Below, piece after piece: positions 27,971 through 35,671 of a stretch of 64,000 nt of DNA. The DNA is from a phage: sequence record PZ166176.1; one strand, given 5' to 3'. The notes under the pieces are model-generated. The model was not told where the DNA came from and did not search any database. It was given only the letters and a program-made list of their open reading frames with translations. The number at the start of each line of letters is the position of its first letter. Within the stretch, counting starts at the first letter, position 1. A program made the translations under genes and the position numbers.

Positions 27971-28155
27971 TCTTCTTCATCCCAAGATTCAAAAGCACAA
28001 CAATCATCGGTTTCTATAATACCAACACGTCCGCAGGTATTGCAAGTGATTTTATCCCCGTAGAATAAATAATTTTTATCACCCTCTGTGTTTACAGTTA
28101 TGTCATTACTACCACAAGGGCAAGTCAGCCAACCAACAACGATATCTTTTTTCAT
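27967..28155 (-). CDS. small zinc-ribbon protein
   Basis: CPCG ... CNTCG cysteine pairs. Confidence 0.4.
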   Translation of the reverse strand: MKKDIVVGWLTCPCGSNDITVNTEGDKNYLFYGDKITCNTCGRVGIIETDDCCAFESWDEEE

Positions 28156-28164
28156 AATCCCTCC

Positions 28165-28491
28165 TTAAGCGTTAAGTTCGTTGTTGAGTTCGTAAATCTC
28201 TTCTTGAAGAGCATCAATCTCTTCCTCCAAACGGGAGATCTCTTCTTTTAGATATACCATTTCGGATTCTTTCTCTTCTAATTCATTTTCAAATTTTACT
28301 TTATTAGCCTCATTTTCATAATTCAGTTCAGCGTAATCATCACGCATTTGTTCAATAAGATGAATCAGAGACAAGATGTAATTGTCTCCCGTTTCATCAC
28401 GCCACTCTTCACCGTGACGGAGAACGGTAATTCGTCCAGTATCTTCATCTAAAATTGTCTCATATTTACGATCATCTGTATAAATCTGCAT
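28165..28491 (-). CDS. hypothetical coiled-coil protein
   Basis: Glu/Leu-rich heptad-like C-terminal half. Confidence 0.4.
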   Translation of the reverse strand: MQIYTDDRKYETILDEDTGRITVLRHGEEWRDETGDNYILSLIHLIEQMRDDYAELNYENEANKVKFENELEEKESEMVYLKEEISRLEEEIDALQEEIYELNNELNA

Positions 28492-28500
28492 TATTTCTCC

Positions 28501-28905
28501 TTATTGAAGTTTAAGTGAACCACGAAGACGTTTCTCTTGCTGATCACGGATATATTGTGGAACCTCGTGAATTGAATCATTACCGTGCCTATTTTCAACA
28601 ACTAAAGAGATAACTTGATAACCAAACTCTTCAGCAAGAGCTAAATAAGGTTTAAGTTCTTTCTCTGTGGTTGAAGTATTAGAAACAATAATCTTGTTAA
28701 GATTAGATGCCATAGCATCACGAACAATACCCTGACACCATGCGTGTGCTTTACCTACATTTTCTGGCTTCCAATCGTAAACACCACTCTCTGTGTAATG
28801 ATATTGATCTGCCTCACAGATAGGCCAATAACCTTCAGAAATAATTTCTGCTACTGTAGATTTACCAGCACCTGAAACGCCACGTAAAATGATAAGTTGT
28901 TTCAT
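28501..28905 (-). CDS. P-loop polynucleotide 5'-kinase (T4 Pnk kinase-domain-like)
   Basis: Walker A GVSGAGKST; overall pattern parallels the T4 Pnk kinase domain (P-loop, then IIVSNTS.. block). Confidence 0.55.
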   Translation of the reverse strand: MKQLIILRGVSGAGKSTVAEIISEGYWPICEADQYHYTESGVYDWKPENVGKAHAWCQGIVRDAMASNLNKIIVSNTSTTEKELKPYLALAEEFGYQVISLVVENRHGNDSIHEVPQYIRDQQEKRLRGSLKLQ

Positions 28906-29838
28906 TTATCCTCCAAAAAAGTTTTCGATTTTTTCACGTCGTTCTTGCTGATTTAAAGCAGCCCATTGAATCTTCGTAAAATTATTTTGAATCCATTCTA
29001 ACAAAGCGTAATATTCTTCGTCAACCATTTGTTTGGCATTTTTTGGATTATCCCAAATCAGATCCCACTTTTTATCTCCACCGCGCATAAGAAACTTCTT
29101 AGTAAGATAGTGTGGTGATTTAATTTTTAAAAGTAAGTTGAACGGATAGTTTGTTTCACGAACTACAAACCCTTCGTGTTTACAATGTTTAGACATTTCA
29201 ACAACATCTGAAAACTTAACCATTGGATGAACTTCAGGACGCTTAAATTTGGTGACAGAAGCAATTCCATCAAGAGCACCTTCAGGTAACATAAAACTTG
29301 TCCCATCAGGATTTTGAATTCTGGCACCAATTAAGTATGCACCTGGTTCTTCTTCGACAATATGCGGATCAGAAGGATCACAGATTTCAAAAAGGAAAGT
29401 TGCTTTTGCACTCTCTGTCCATTTGATGAAATGTTCTATGTCATCACACTCTGAAACAATATGATTCTTTGCAATACTTGCAAAATCTGATTCAAGGCTT
29501 CCTGTTGTCGATACAATAAGTTGACCTTTATATACACCTACAGAGGCCATAAAACCATTTATTTTACGAACCACATCTACAAGTTCATCCGCTGGTAGAT
29601 CTGTGCCATTCTCAAAACGATTAAAAATCTTAGTGAAAGGCCAAATAACAACATTGTCATCAGCATCAACAACGATTCCGCGACATTCTAGAAGACGAGA
29701 ATCAATGCTCCATAAGTTATCCCAGAAAACTTTGTTCTTATACTTAAGAACAGATAGACCAGAATACTCTCCTTCTTTATATGTTTTCTTATGAACTAAA
29801 CCTTTTTCAACCAAATCGTCGCAATTAAATTTAGCCAC
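28906..29838 (-). CDS. RNA ligase-like nucleotidyltransferase
   Basis: Motif I KINGFMAS (KxNG as in Rnl1/tRNA-ligase type), motif IV EGFVVRE, motif V LLLKIK; abuts the kinase and phosphoesterase genes. Confidence 0.5.
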   Translation of the reverse strand: MAKFNCDDLVEKGLVHKKTYKEGEYSGLSVLKYKNKVFWDNLWSIDSRLLECRGIVVDADDNVVIWPFTKIFNRFENGTDLPADELVDVVRKINGFMASVGVYKGQLIVSTTGSLESDFASIAKNHIVSECDDIEHFIKWTESAKATFLFEICDPSDPHIVEEEPGAYLIGARIQNPDGTSFMLPEGALDGIASVTKFKRPEVHPMVKFSDVVEMSKHCKHEGFVVRETNYPFNLLLKIKSPHYLTKKFLMRGGDKKWDLIWDNPKNAKQMVDEEYYALLEWIQNNFTKIQWAALNQQERREKIENFFGG

Positions 29839-29839
29839 A

Positions 29840-30391
29840 TTATTCTCCTTTGATTATTTTGTGATGGTCTACAGTCACGATATCTCGTTTACTCATCATA
29901 GAAATTATCTCATCAAAATGCAAGATTTTTCCGTGTGCATCCCAACCCACATCTAACATTTTACCATAAGCTTCATCAGGGAAAGATCCGTGGGAATGCC
30001 CGTGTAGCATGATTGATCCACGACCTTGTTTATTCCAGGAGGCCATAGGGTAATGGCTTAAGACGAAGAACAGCTTCTGATATTTCACTTCGTCATAATA
30101 CACCACTTCTCCATACTCTGCAAGCACTTCTCGGTGTTTGCTGTAGTCATGGTTCCCAACACAGTAGGTGATATCTCCTTGAAGACGGGAAGCAATTTTA
30201 CGGGTATCTTCTTCAGTTCCGAAACAGAAGTCGCCCAAATGCCACATCTTAACACCAGGAGTAGTAGCACATTTGTTCCATGCTTCGATCAAGGCTTCTG
30301 TCATGTGGTCCATATCTTCCCACGGACGATATTCAGGAGCAAACTCTCGAATACGTTTATGCATAAAATGCAAATCGCTTGTAATAAACAT
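29840..30391 (-). CDS. calcineurin-like metallophosphoesterase (RNA-end-healing phosphatase candidate)
   Basis: DLHF, GDFCFG, GNHD, HGHSH metal-binding motifs. Confidence 0.6.
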   Translation of the reverse strand: MFITSDLHFMHKRIREFAPEYRPWEDMDHMTEALIEAWNKCATTPGVKMWHLGDFCFGTEEDTRKIASRLQGDITYCVGNHDYSKHREVLAEYGEVVYYDEVKYQKLFFVLSHYPMASWNKQGRGSIMLHGHSHGSFPDEAYGKMLDVGWDAHGKILHFDEIISMMSKRDIVTVDHHKIIKGE

Positions 30392-30747
30392 TAGTATAAT
30401 CCCTCGCTAAATAATTCATGGTCGTGACCATTACGCTCATGGTCGATCTGGTCAGCATTTTCCGCGATGATGTAAGCATCCGCACGACTCCACCAATTGT
30501 AATACTGATCGATAAAGCCTTGATTATCTGGTGTGCACAAAGTTTTGTTGATTACACCTGCTTCTTTCAACACGTTTAACTGTGCATATAGTACAGGATT
30601 TGCATGTCGAACACAAGGAATAATTAATTCTTCACCATTATTCAAAATATACTTATTTGCAGCACAGACGATAACACGTTGCGCATAATGACCCTCACCC
30701 ATCCAGGTAAGAGGTTGGTAACAAATGTTGTTTTCAATACCACTCAT
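30391..30747 (-). CDS. hypothetical protein
   Basis: Track ORF 118 aa; start overlaps upstream stop. Confidence 0.45.
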   Translation of the reverse strand: MSGIENNICYQPLTWMGEGHYAQRVIVCAANKYILNNGEELIIPCVRHANPVLYAQLNVLKEAGVINKTLCTPDNQGFIDQYYNWWSRADAYIIAENADQIDHERNGHDHELFSEGLY

Positions 30748-30906
30748 TGTTTCCTAATCCTCCTCTCTTAAATTATCCTCGAAAAAACTAGTATCTGGAA
30801 GTAAAAGATCATTGCTTGTGTCGGGCCAATCCTCTTCTTCTCTGTAGATAAAGTAACCTTCGTCCTCTTCTTGTTCCGACCAAACCGAATGATGCATGTT
30901 CTCTCC

Positions 30907-31251
30907 TTAGTAGTGCACACGAATCATTTTAATACCATAACGCTGCATGAATTCTTTTGCAAGCATGAATTTATCCCCAGCGGCGGGATTAGAAGTATGC
31001 ACGAAAATGGTAGGTGAACCAAAGCAAGGTTTACCAAACGCCAGAAGTTCTTCCAGGTGCAGGAAAACATCATACCCATCTTGGTCTGACTCCATACCTA
31101 AATCATTGTCAAAAGACCACTCGGTTACTCTTCGATACAGTTTAGCAGGATCATTGAGAAAGGCCATAGCTTCTTGTGACGTTTTAAACCAAATTGCATC
31201 TTCCTGTCCATAGTCGGCTGGGTTCCGCATATCATCTATCCAAACTTTCAT
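30907..31251 (-). CDS. hypothetical protein
   Basis: Track ORF 114 aa. Confidence 0.45.
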   Translation of the reverse strand: MKVWIDDMRNPADYGQEDAIWFKTSQEAMAFLNDPAKLYRRVTEWSFDNDLGMESDQDGYDVFLHLEELLAFGKPCFGSPTIFVHTSNPAAGDKFMLAKEFMQRYGIKMIRVHY

Positions 31252-31261
31252 ATAACCTCCT

Positions 31262-31732
31262 TTAAGCTGGCATGATCAAAAAAGAACTTTCCACTTCAAA
31301 ATGCCAATCATCAACAAGTCCTGATTCCCAATCCTTCTCTTCATGGAAAGAGCAAATCCAACGGTACATACCTGGCGGTGTATTCTCAACATCTTCTGGC
31401 AACCCATAATCCAAAGCTGTCTTACCGTTCTCTGTAAAACCAGGGTGGAGATTAGGAGCTTTCAGTACAGAAACCATACCTCCAACATCCACAGCTACGA
31501 TCCACTCTGTCATGTATGGACTGTCATATTGAGGCTCATCATAACCTACCTCAACAGCCTCTGTGCGTAAGATGATAATAGGCTGCTCTGTGATTGGGGC
31601 TTTGACAATATACCCGTGGTCCTCAAAAAGATCGATAACCTCGAACTCATCACCGTTTTCGATACCATAGCTCTTATTCAAAGAGATAAACTTCGGGTTA
31701 TCATCGTAAGCTTTAGTTACTTTAATTTTCAT
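31262..31732 (-). CDS. hypothetical protein
   Basis: Track ORF 156 aa. Confidence 0.45.
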   Translation of the reverse strand: MKIKVTKAYDDNPKFISLNKSYGIENGDEFEVIDLFEDHGYIVKAPITEQPIIILRTEAVEVGYDEPQYDSPYMTEWIVAVDVGGMVSVLKAPNLHPGFTENGKTALDYGLPEDVENTPPGMYRWICSFHEEKDWESGLVDDWHFEVESSFLIMPA

Positions 31733-31953
31733 TTTTCCTCCTTCACTTTAACCTCAAATTCTACAGGCTTGCCCTCAATGTAAAAACACTGATACTCTGA
31801 CTTATCATCCTCATCACGAGGCCAAGTTACCAAGGAGTTATAGCAATCTTCTGGTGCTTTGAAGATGGTTTTAGTCTCCACAGTAACATTCCCATTAAGT
31901 GTTGCCAATACCACCCACCCAGCTATAGGGATCATAGTGCCTCCACTTTCCAC
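31729..31953 (-). CDS. hypothetical small protein
   Basis: Track ORF 74 aa. Confidence 0.4.
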   Translation of the reverse strand: MESGGTMIPIAGWVVLATLNGNVTVETKTIFKAPEDCYNSLVTWPRDEDDKSEYQCFYIEGKPVEFEVKVKEEK

Positions 31954-32114
31954 GTTTTACCCTTATCAACCAAGGTCTTTGCTACAGCATACTCCTTCCC
32001 ATTAACAAGGAAATAATAAACGATAAAAGATTTCCCGATTGTTACTGTCTTAGTAACCTCTACACGTTTAACACCTTGCATGTATTTTGCCTTACCGGAA
32101 TAGAGTAAAATCAT
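31932..32114 (-). CDS. hypothetical small protein
   Basis: Track ORF 60 aa. Confidence 0.35.
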   Translation of the reverse strand: MILLYSGKAKYMQGVKRVEVTKTVTIGKSFIVYYFLVNGKEYAVAKTLVDKGKTWKVEAL

Positions 32115-32392
32115 TTTGCATTCCTCTTGTTGTTGATAACATCCATAGCAGTATATGGTTTATTAGTGCCATGATACTCCAGAATCATTGGAGAGCCTTC
32201 TTGCACTACTTCAAAGATACCATAAACAGAACTTTCAGCAAATACCATTTGCTTCGTGCCTTCATCGTTTACAACGAGAGAAAACTTCTTGCCTGTCCCG
32301 TTGAGGATCTCGTATTTCTTGCCAGCAGTGAATAATCCAGAGTACCACTCATTATCTGTTGCTTTTACACACTTCAGAAAAGTCTTTATCAT
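32111..32392 (-). CDS. hypothetical protein
   Basis: Track ORF 93 aa. Confidence 0.4.
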   Translation of the reverse strand: MIKTFLKCVKATDNEWYSGLFTAGKKYEILNGTGKKFSLVVNDEGTKQMVFAESSVYGIFEVVQEGSPMILEYHGTNKPYTAMDVINNKRNAK

Positions 32393-32742
32393 TTCTTTTT
32401 GCTCCTCTTTTTAGATTTCTCATACAAACCTAACACAGCCGCTTCTTTTGCACAAGTAGGAACTGAAGTCATTCCTCTTCTTTTTGCTTCTGGAAGATTG
32501 AGTGTCCACCATCCGAACCAATAAATTTGGTCTGCCGTGAGTGGTTCAGCCATTGGATCTGCCTCCTGCTCCTCAAGACGTTGCAACGCTTCTTCAATCT
32601 TCTCGATTGGTGTGTCAAAGACGAATGCCTCCGTATCAAATTTATCTTTCTTAGGAACTGATTTAGCTACTTTGAGAACCTCGTTTTTCGGTTTCTTAGT
32701 AACGTTCTTTGGCTTTGATAACTTCTTCGGTGTTTTCGCCAC
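32389..32742 (-). CDS. lysine-rich basic protein (possible nucleic-acid binding)
   Basis: N- and C-terminal K-rich tails (MAKTPKKLSKPKNVTKKPK ... KSKKRSKKK). Confidence 0.4.
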   Translation of the reverse strand: MAKTPKKLSKPKNVTKKPKNEVLKVAKSVPKKDKFDTEAFVFDTPIEKIEEALQRLEEQEADPMAEPLTADQIYWFGWWTLNLPEAKRRGMTSVPTCAKEAAVLGLYEKSKKRSKKK

Positions 32743-32935
32743 TTACTACCTCCATACGATCTAAAAAGTCATTCACAAATCTCCAGTAACGTTGACCTGT
32801 TCTAAGATCTTCATAGATAACCACAGGATCAAACACTTTAGATATTCCGGCAGGTTTTGGAAATTCCACTACCGTATATAAACCACCTTTTGCTACACAA
32901 GAATAGGTTACGCCTGTAATTGGATAGTTGCTCAT
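32696..32935 (-). CDS. hypothetical small protein
   Basis: Track ORF 79 aa. Confidence 0.4.
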   Translation of the reverse strand: MSNYPITGVTYSCVAKGGLYTVVEFPKPAGISKVFDPVVIYEDLRTGQRYWRFVNDFLDRMEVVSGENTEEVIKAKERY

Positions 32936-33126
32936 TTCTTTACGTACTCCATGATTGGGGTGTGGTCGCCAGTAAGCGTAACACGGCTGTAGGACACATC
33001 TTGTGTCTTCAGTGTATCAATCCACTCTAAGAAGTGTTCTTTCGCTTCTGTGTAGTTCTGTGTGCCTTTAACAACGTGTATACCATCTAGAGTTACACGG
33101 AATACCATTTGAATAACGTCTTTCAT
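32932..33126 (-). CDS. hypothetical small protein
   Basis: Track ORF 64 aa. Confidence 0.4.
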   Translation of the reverse strand: MKDVIQMVFRVTLDGIHVVKGTQNYTEAKEHFLEWIDTLKTQDVSYSRVTLTGDHTPIMEYVKK

Positions 33127-33222
33127 TTCTTACCTCCTTTATTGTCAAAATAGCTTACCAGAATATCGTGAACCACACATAAGGCAAAAATCAGAACAAT
33201 TGTTGCCAGGACTGGATTCTCA

Positions 33223-33546
33223 CTAATCAGTGCTATCATCTTTAACCACCTCCAATTGTCTTTCGAGTTTGACCTTGTTTGAGAACTGATAATGACACAA
33301 CTTACATTGCATGTCAACAATCTGATAGTGATTTAACCCTACAATTTTAACTTCCTTTGCACCATCCCACTCCAAATACTCAAAGCCATCCAAATGATTA
33401 CTCTTGTCCAACAGGAATGCTATCTGCTGCCATTCAATCTGAATGTCATTTAAATGATATGCTGCACAGAAGATATCCTCATAGTAAAAGACGATCATTG
33501 TCATTGCTTCGTCCAGCACAACTACCTCTTGTCTTGTAAATCTCAT
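33223..33546 (-). CDS. hypothetical protein (first leftward gene after the divergent control region)
   Basis: Track ORF 107 aa. Confidence 0.45.
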   Translation of the reverse strand: MRFTRQEVVVLDEAMTMIVFYYEDIFCAAYHLNDIQIEWQQIAFLLDKSNHLDGFEYLEWDGAKEVKIVGLNHYQIVDMQCKLCHYQFSNKVKLERQLEVVKDDSTD

Positions 33547-33599
33547 TCTAGCCTCCTAAACGCGTCTCTGATGCACTTTTTATATATAAGATGATAAAT

Positions 33600-34027
33600 C
33601 ACCTTACCTAGTAAGTAAACTTGCTCTACGAGCCTCTTATGAAGCTTATGTTATAGGCTATACTATTGCTACCTGTTTAAGCAAGGTTTTTGCACACAGA
33701 AAATAATTTTTAATAAAACTCTTGACTTTTGTGTTCGAAGTATGCTACCCTAGAAATCTATTAACGAGCGCAGCGAGTTAAGGTTTTAGGTTGTTGATGT
33801 AGTACTCTGTACTCAAGTACTGTACTCCGTACTAGATTAATAATTATTAAATATTAATAATAAATAATTATTAGATCTAACAAACAGGTACAGTGTATCA
33901 GAACTGGTACGTACAGATCAACTTCTATCAATTAAAAATAAAATAATAAATTATTATAAATAATACTTGATCTATAGATCAGTATGAAGTACAGTACGGA
34001 ACATCTTAACAAGAATGGAGGTGTGCA
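33600..34027. promoter_or_regulatory. divergent intergenic control region / candidate replication origin
   Basis: No ORF; five GTACT repeats at about 33802..33833, AT-rich near-palindrome about 33838..33873, further GTAC motifs and four GATC sites (about 33874, 33916, 33969, 33977), AT-rich tract 33932..33966. Confidence 0.45.
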
Positions 34028-34213
34028 ATGATTAGCGAGAATCCGTGCAAATGGCATCATGTGCCTATTAAAGATTGTATGTCTTGTAATCCACGTTCTA
34101 TTTATAACATTGCATCTTATGATGATGACAATGTGTTAGACGATGATGAAGGCTGGGAGGATTTAGATTGGACTGGTTATGAAACCAAAAAGGATAAAAT
34201 TATTCCTAGTTGA
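34028..34213 (+). CDS. hypothetical small protein
   Basis: Track ORF 61 aa, first rightward gene. Confidence 0.4.
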   Translation: MISENPCKWHHVPIKDCMSCNPRSIYNIASYDDDNVLDDDEGWEDLDWTGYETKKDKIIPS

Positions 34214-34250
34214 CTTAAGATATCCTTCGTGCTAAACTAGAAGTGAGGAG

Positions 34251-34502
34251 ATGCCGATCACTCCCCATTTGGGGTTCGAAGGATATATGCAAAATAGCTT
34301 TTATTTTAGGTGCCGTGCTTGTAATAGGCATTTGACAAACCACTCCAGACGTGATAAAAATGGAGTCATCAAGGAATCAGACCTCTGTTCTATTTGCACA
34401 GGTTTGGCTTTTGATGATAGTCCCGAAAGGGTTTATCAGCATCAATGTATAACAGACGTTCTCGTGTCAAACTTGGTAGAGGACGAACAACTAACAGATT
34501 AG
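34251..34502 (+). CDS. small zinc-finger protein
   Basis: CRACNRH ... CSICTG cysteine pairs. Confidence 0.4.
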   Translation: MPITPHLGFEGYMQNSFYFRCRACNRHLTNHSRRDKNGVIKESDLCSICTGLAFDDSPERVYQHQCITDVLVSNLVEDEQLTD

Positions 34503-34510
34503 GAGGAACA

Positions 34511-34759
34511 ATGTCTCTATTAGAAAAACACGTGTTTGAAGATGGTAACGGCAATGCAGTTTTTCTTTTCCATCCAGAAAAATACACATCTGAAAACAAT
34601 GGTACAACTTCTATTGTAATCACTAAAGATGTTAAAGTTATTGATTTCTTGGCTCTGATGCGAGAGATGGATCTTGAAATTAATACTTTTAACGCAGAAG
34701 CTTTGGTTGTTGCTCTTCTGGAAAAGAAAGATAGTGAAGAAGTAGCAGAATATGCTTAA
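34511..34759 (+). CDS. hypothetical small protein
   Basis: Start at internal ATG (MSLLEK) after TTAGGAGGAACA. Confidence 0.4.
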   Translation: MSLLEKHVFEDGNGNAVFLFHPEKYTSENNGTTSIVITKDVKVIDFLALMREMDLEINTFNAEALVVALLEKKDSEEVAEYA

Positions 34760-34766
34760 ATAACTA

Positions 34767-34797
34767 TTGACAAACGTATCCTTCATATGTTAGGATA
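34767..34797 (+). promoter_or_regulatory. sigma70-like promoter (ctaTTGACAa ... TGtTAGGAT)
   Basis: TTGACA then extended -10-like TGtTAGGAT; same motif recurs at 35354 and 36103. Confidence 0.45.
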
Positions 34798-34807
34798 CGT
34801 TCATCAA

Positions 34808-35001
34808 GTGTGGTAACAGGGTCGTTGACTTTTGTTAAGAGGGGCTTGCACTGCGGTAGTGTTAGAGACTACTTCTTCAGAGGTTAGCTACCAAAGAGGA
34901 AAAGGAATAGTCTCGGCTCAAGAACTTTTACGCTGAAAGTTGGGCTTGGTCTTAGAGAATGTAGCGGTTCTCTACAATCGTCAGCGTCTCTGTTACCACA
35001 T
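34808..35001 (+). ncRNA. structured RNA of about 190 nt preceding the first tRNA
   Basis: 5' GTGGTAACAG (34810..34819) pairs perfectly with 3' CTGTTACCAC (34990..34999); no ORF; sits between promoter and tRNA. Confidence 0.35.
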
Positions 35002-35005
35002 TTAT

Positions 35006-35080
35006 GGCCCTGTAGCTCAATGGGAGAGCTGTCGGCTCATAACCGATAGGTAGCTGGATCGAAACCAGCCAGGGCCACCA
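35006..35080 (+). tRNA. tRNA with CAT anticodon (resembles tRNA-Ile2 / elongator Met)
   Basis: Hand-folded cloverleaf: acceptor GGCCCTG/CAGGGCC, anticodon loop CTCATAA, T-loop ATCGAAA, encoded CCA. Confidence 0.7.
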
Positions 35081-35082
35081 AC

Positions 35083-35157
35083 GTCTTTATGGTGTAATGG
35101 ATAGCACAGGAGTCTTCTAAACTCTTAGTCAAGGTTCGATTCCTTGTAAAGACACCA
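35083..35157 (+). tRNA. tRNA-Arg (TCT)
   Basis: Acceptor GTCTTTA/TAAAGAC, anticodon loop CTTCTAA, T-arm CAAGG-TTCGATT-CCTTG, CCA. Confidence 0.7.
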
Positions 35158-35158
35158 G

Positions 35159-35342
35159 AACATTTTAACATGAATTAGCTCAAGTGATTTGAACCCACTA
35201 CTGATCATGGTGGCAGAGAATGAGGCAAGTATGTCAGACATTATAAACAAAGGCCACGGTTATATTAGAAGACATAAATGCTCGAAGAGCACCGTTCGTT
35301 GAGAACGGGGGTTGGTGGAGTCACCATTCATGGTAAAATGTT
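35159..35342 (+). ncRNA. structured RNA of about 185 nt following tRNA-Arg
   Basis: 5' AACATTTTAACATGAAT pairs with 3' ATTCATGGTAAAATGTT (one mismatch); no ORF. Confidence 0.35.
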
Positions 35343-35353
35343 TTAAAAAACTA

Positions 35354-35384
35354 TTGACAACTAACATTATTTTATGTTAGATTA
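35354..35384 (+). promoter_or_regulatory. sigma70-like promoter (ctaTTGACAa ... TGtTAGATT)
   Basis: TTGACA and extended -10-like element upstream of tRNA-Ser. Confidence 0.45.
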
Positions 35385-35391
35385 TAAGTAT

Positions 35392-35482
35392 GGAAGGGCA
35401 AATCGACGTGGCGACGAAAACGGTCTTGAAAACCGCCGAGCTTGAAAGAGCCTTGGGAGTTCGACTCTCCCTCCTTCCGCCA
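35392..35482 (+). tRNA. tRNA-Ser (TGA), long variable arm
   Basis: Acceptor GGAAGGG/TCCTTCC, anticodon loop CTTGAAA, long variable arm, T-arm GGGAG-TTCGACT-CTCCC, G73-CCA; D-arm atypical. Confidence 0.55.
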
Positions 35483-35486
35483 GATT

Positions 35487-35572
35487 GGTAGATTGGTGAA
35501 ATGGTAGCCACGACAGTTTGCTAAACTGTAGTCGGAAACGGCGTGTAGGTTCGAGTCCTACATCTACCGCCA
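35487..35572 (+). tRNA. tRNA-Ser (GCT), long variable arm
   Basis: Acceptor GGTAGAT/ATCTACC, anticodon stem ACAGT/ACTGT loop TTGCTAA, variable arm AGTCGGAAACGGCGT, G73-CCA. Confidence 0.7.
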
Positions 35573-35578
35573 AATTAA

Positions 35579-35664
35579 GATGAGTTGGCTGAATGGTTTA
35601 AGCGGCGGACTGTTAATCCGTGTTCGAAAGAACGATATAGGTTCAAATCCTATACTCATCGCCA
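35579..35664 (+). tRNA. class II (long variable arm) tRNA with GTT (Asn) anticodon; identity ambiguous
   Basis: Acceptor GATGAGT/ACTCATC (7 bp), anticodon stem GCGGA/TCCGT loop CTGTTAA, variable arm GTTCGAAAGAACGAT with GTTC/GAAC stem, T-arm ATAGG-TTCAAAT-CCTAT, G73-CCA. Confidence 0.55.
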
Positions 35665-35671
35665 GAATTAT

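Noticed and set aside
33802-33833. GTACT repeat cluster as a CRISPR array
   Set aside because: Repeats are only 5 nt with irregular 5-8 nt spacing and no spacer-repeat architecture; better explained as protein-binding iterons
35382-35573. 63-aa minus-strand ORF (also 36278..36478)
   Set aside because: Both overlap well-formed plus-strand tRNA genes; Arg/Pro-rich translations are typical of tRNA antisense frames
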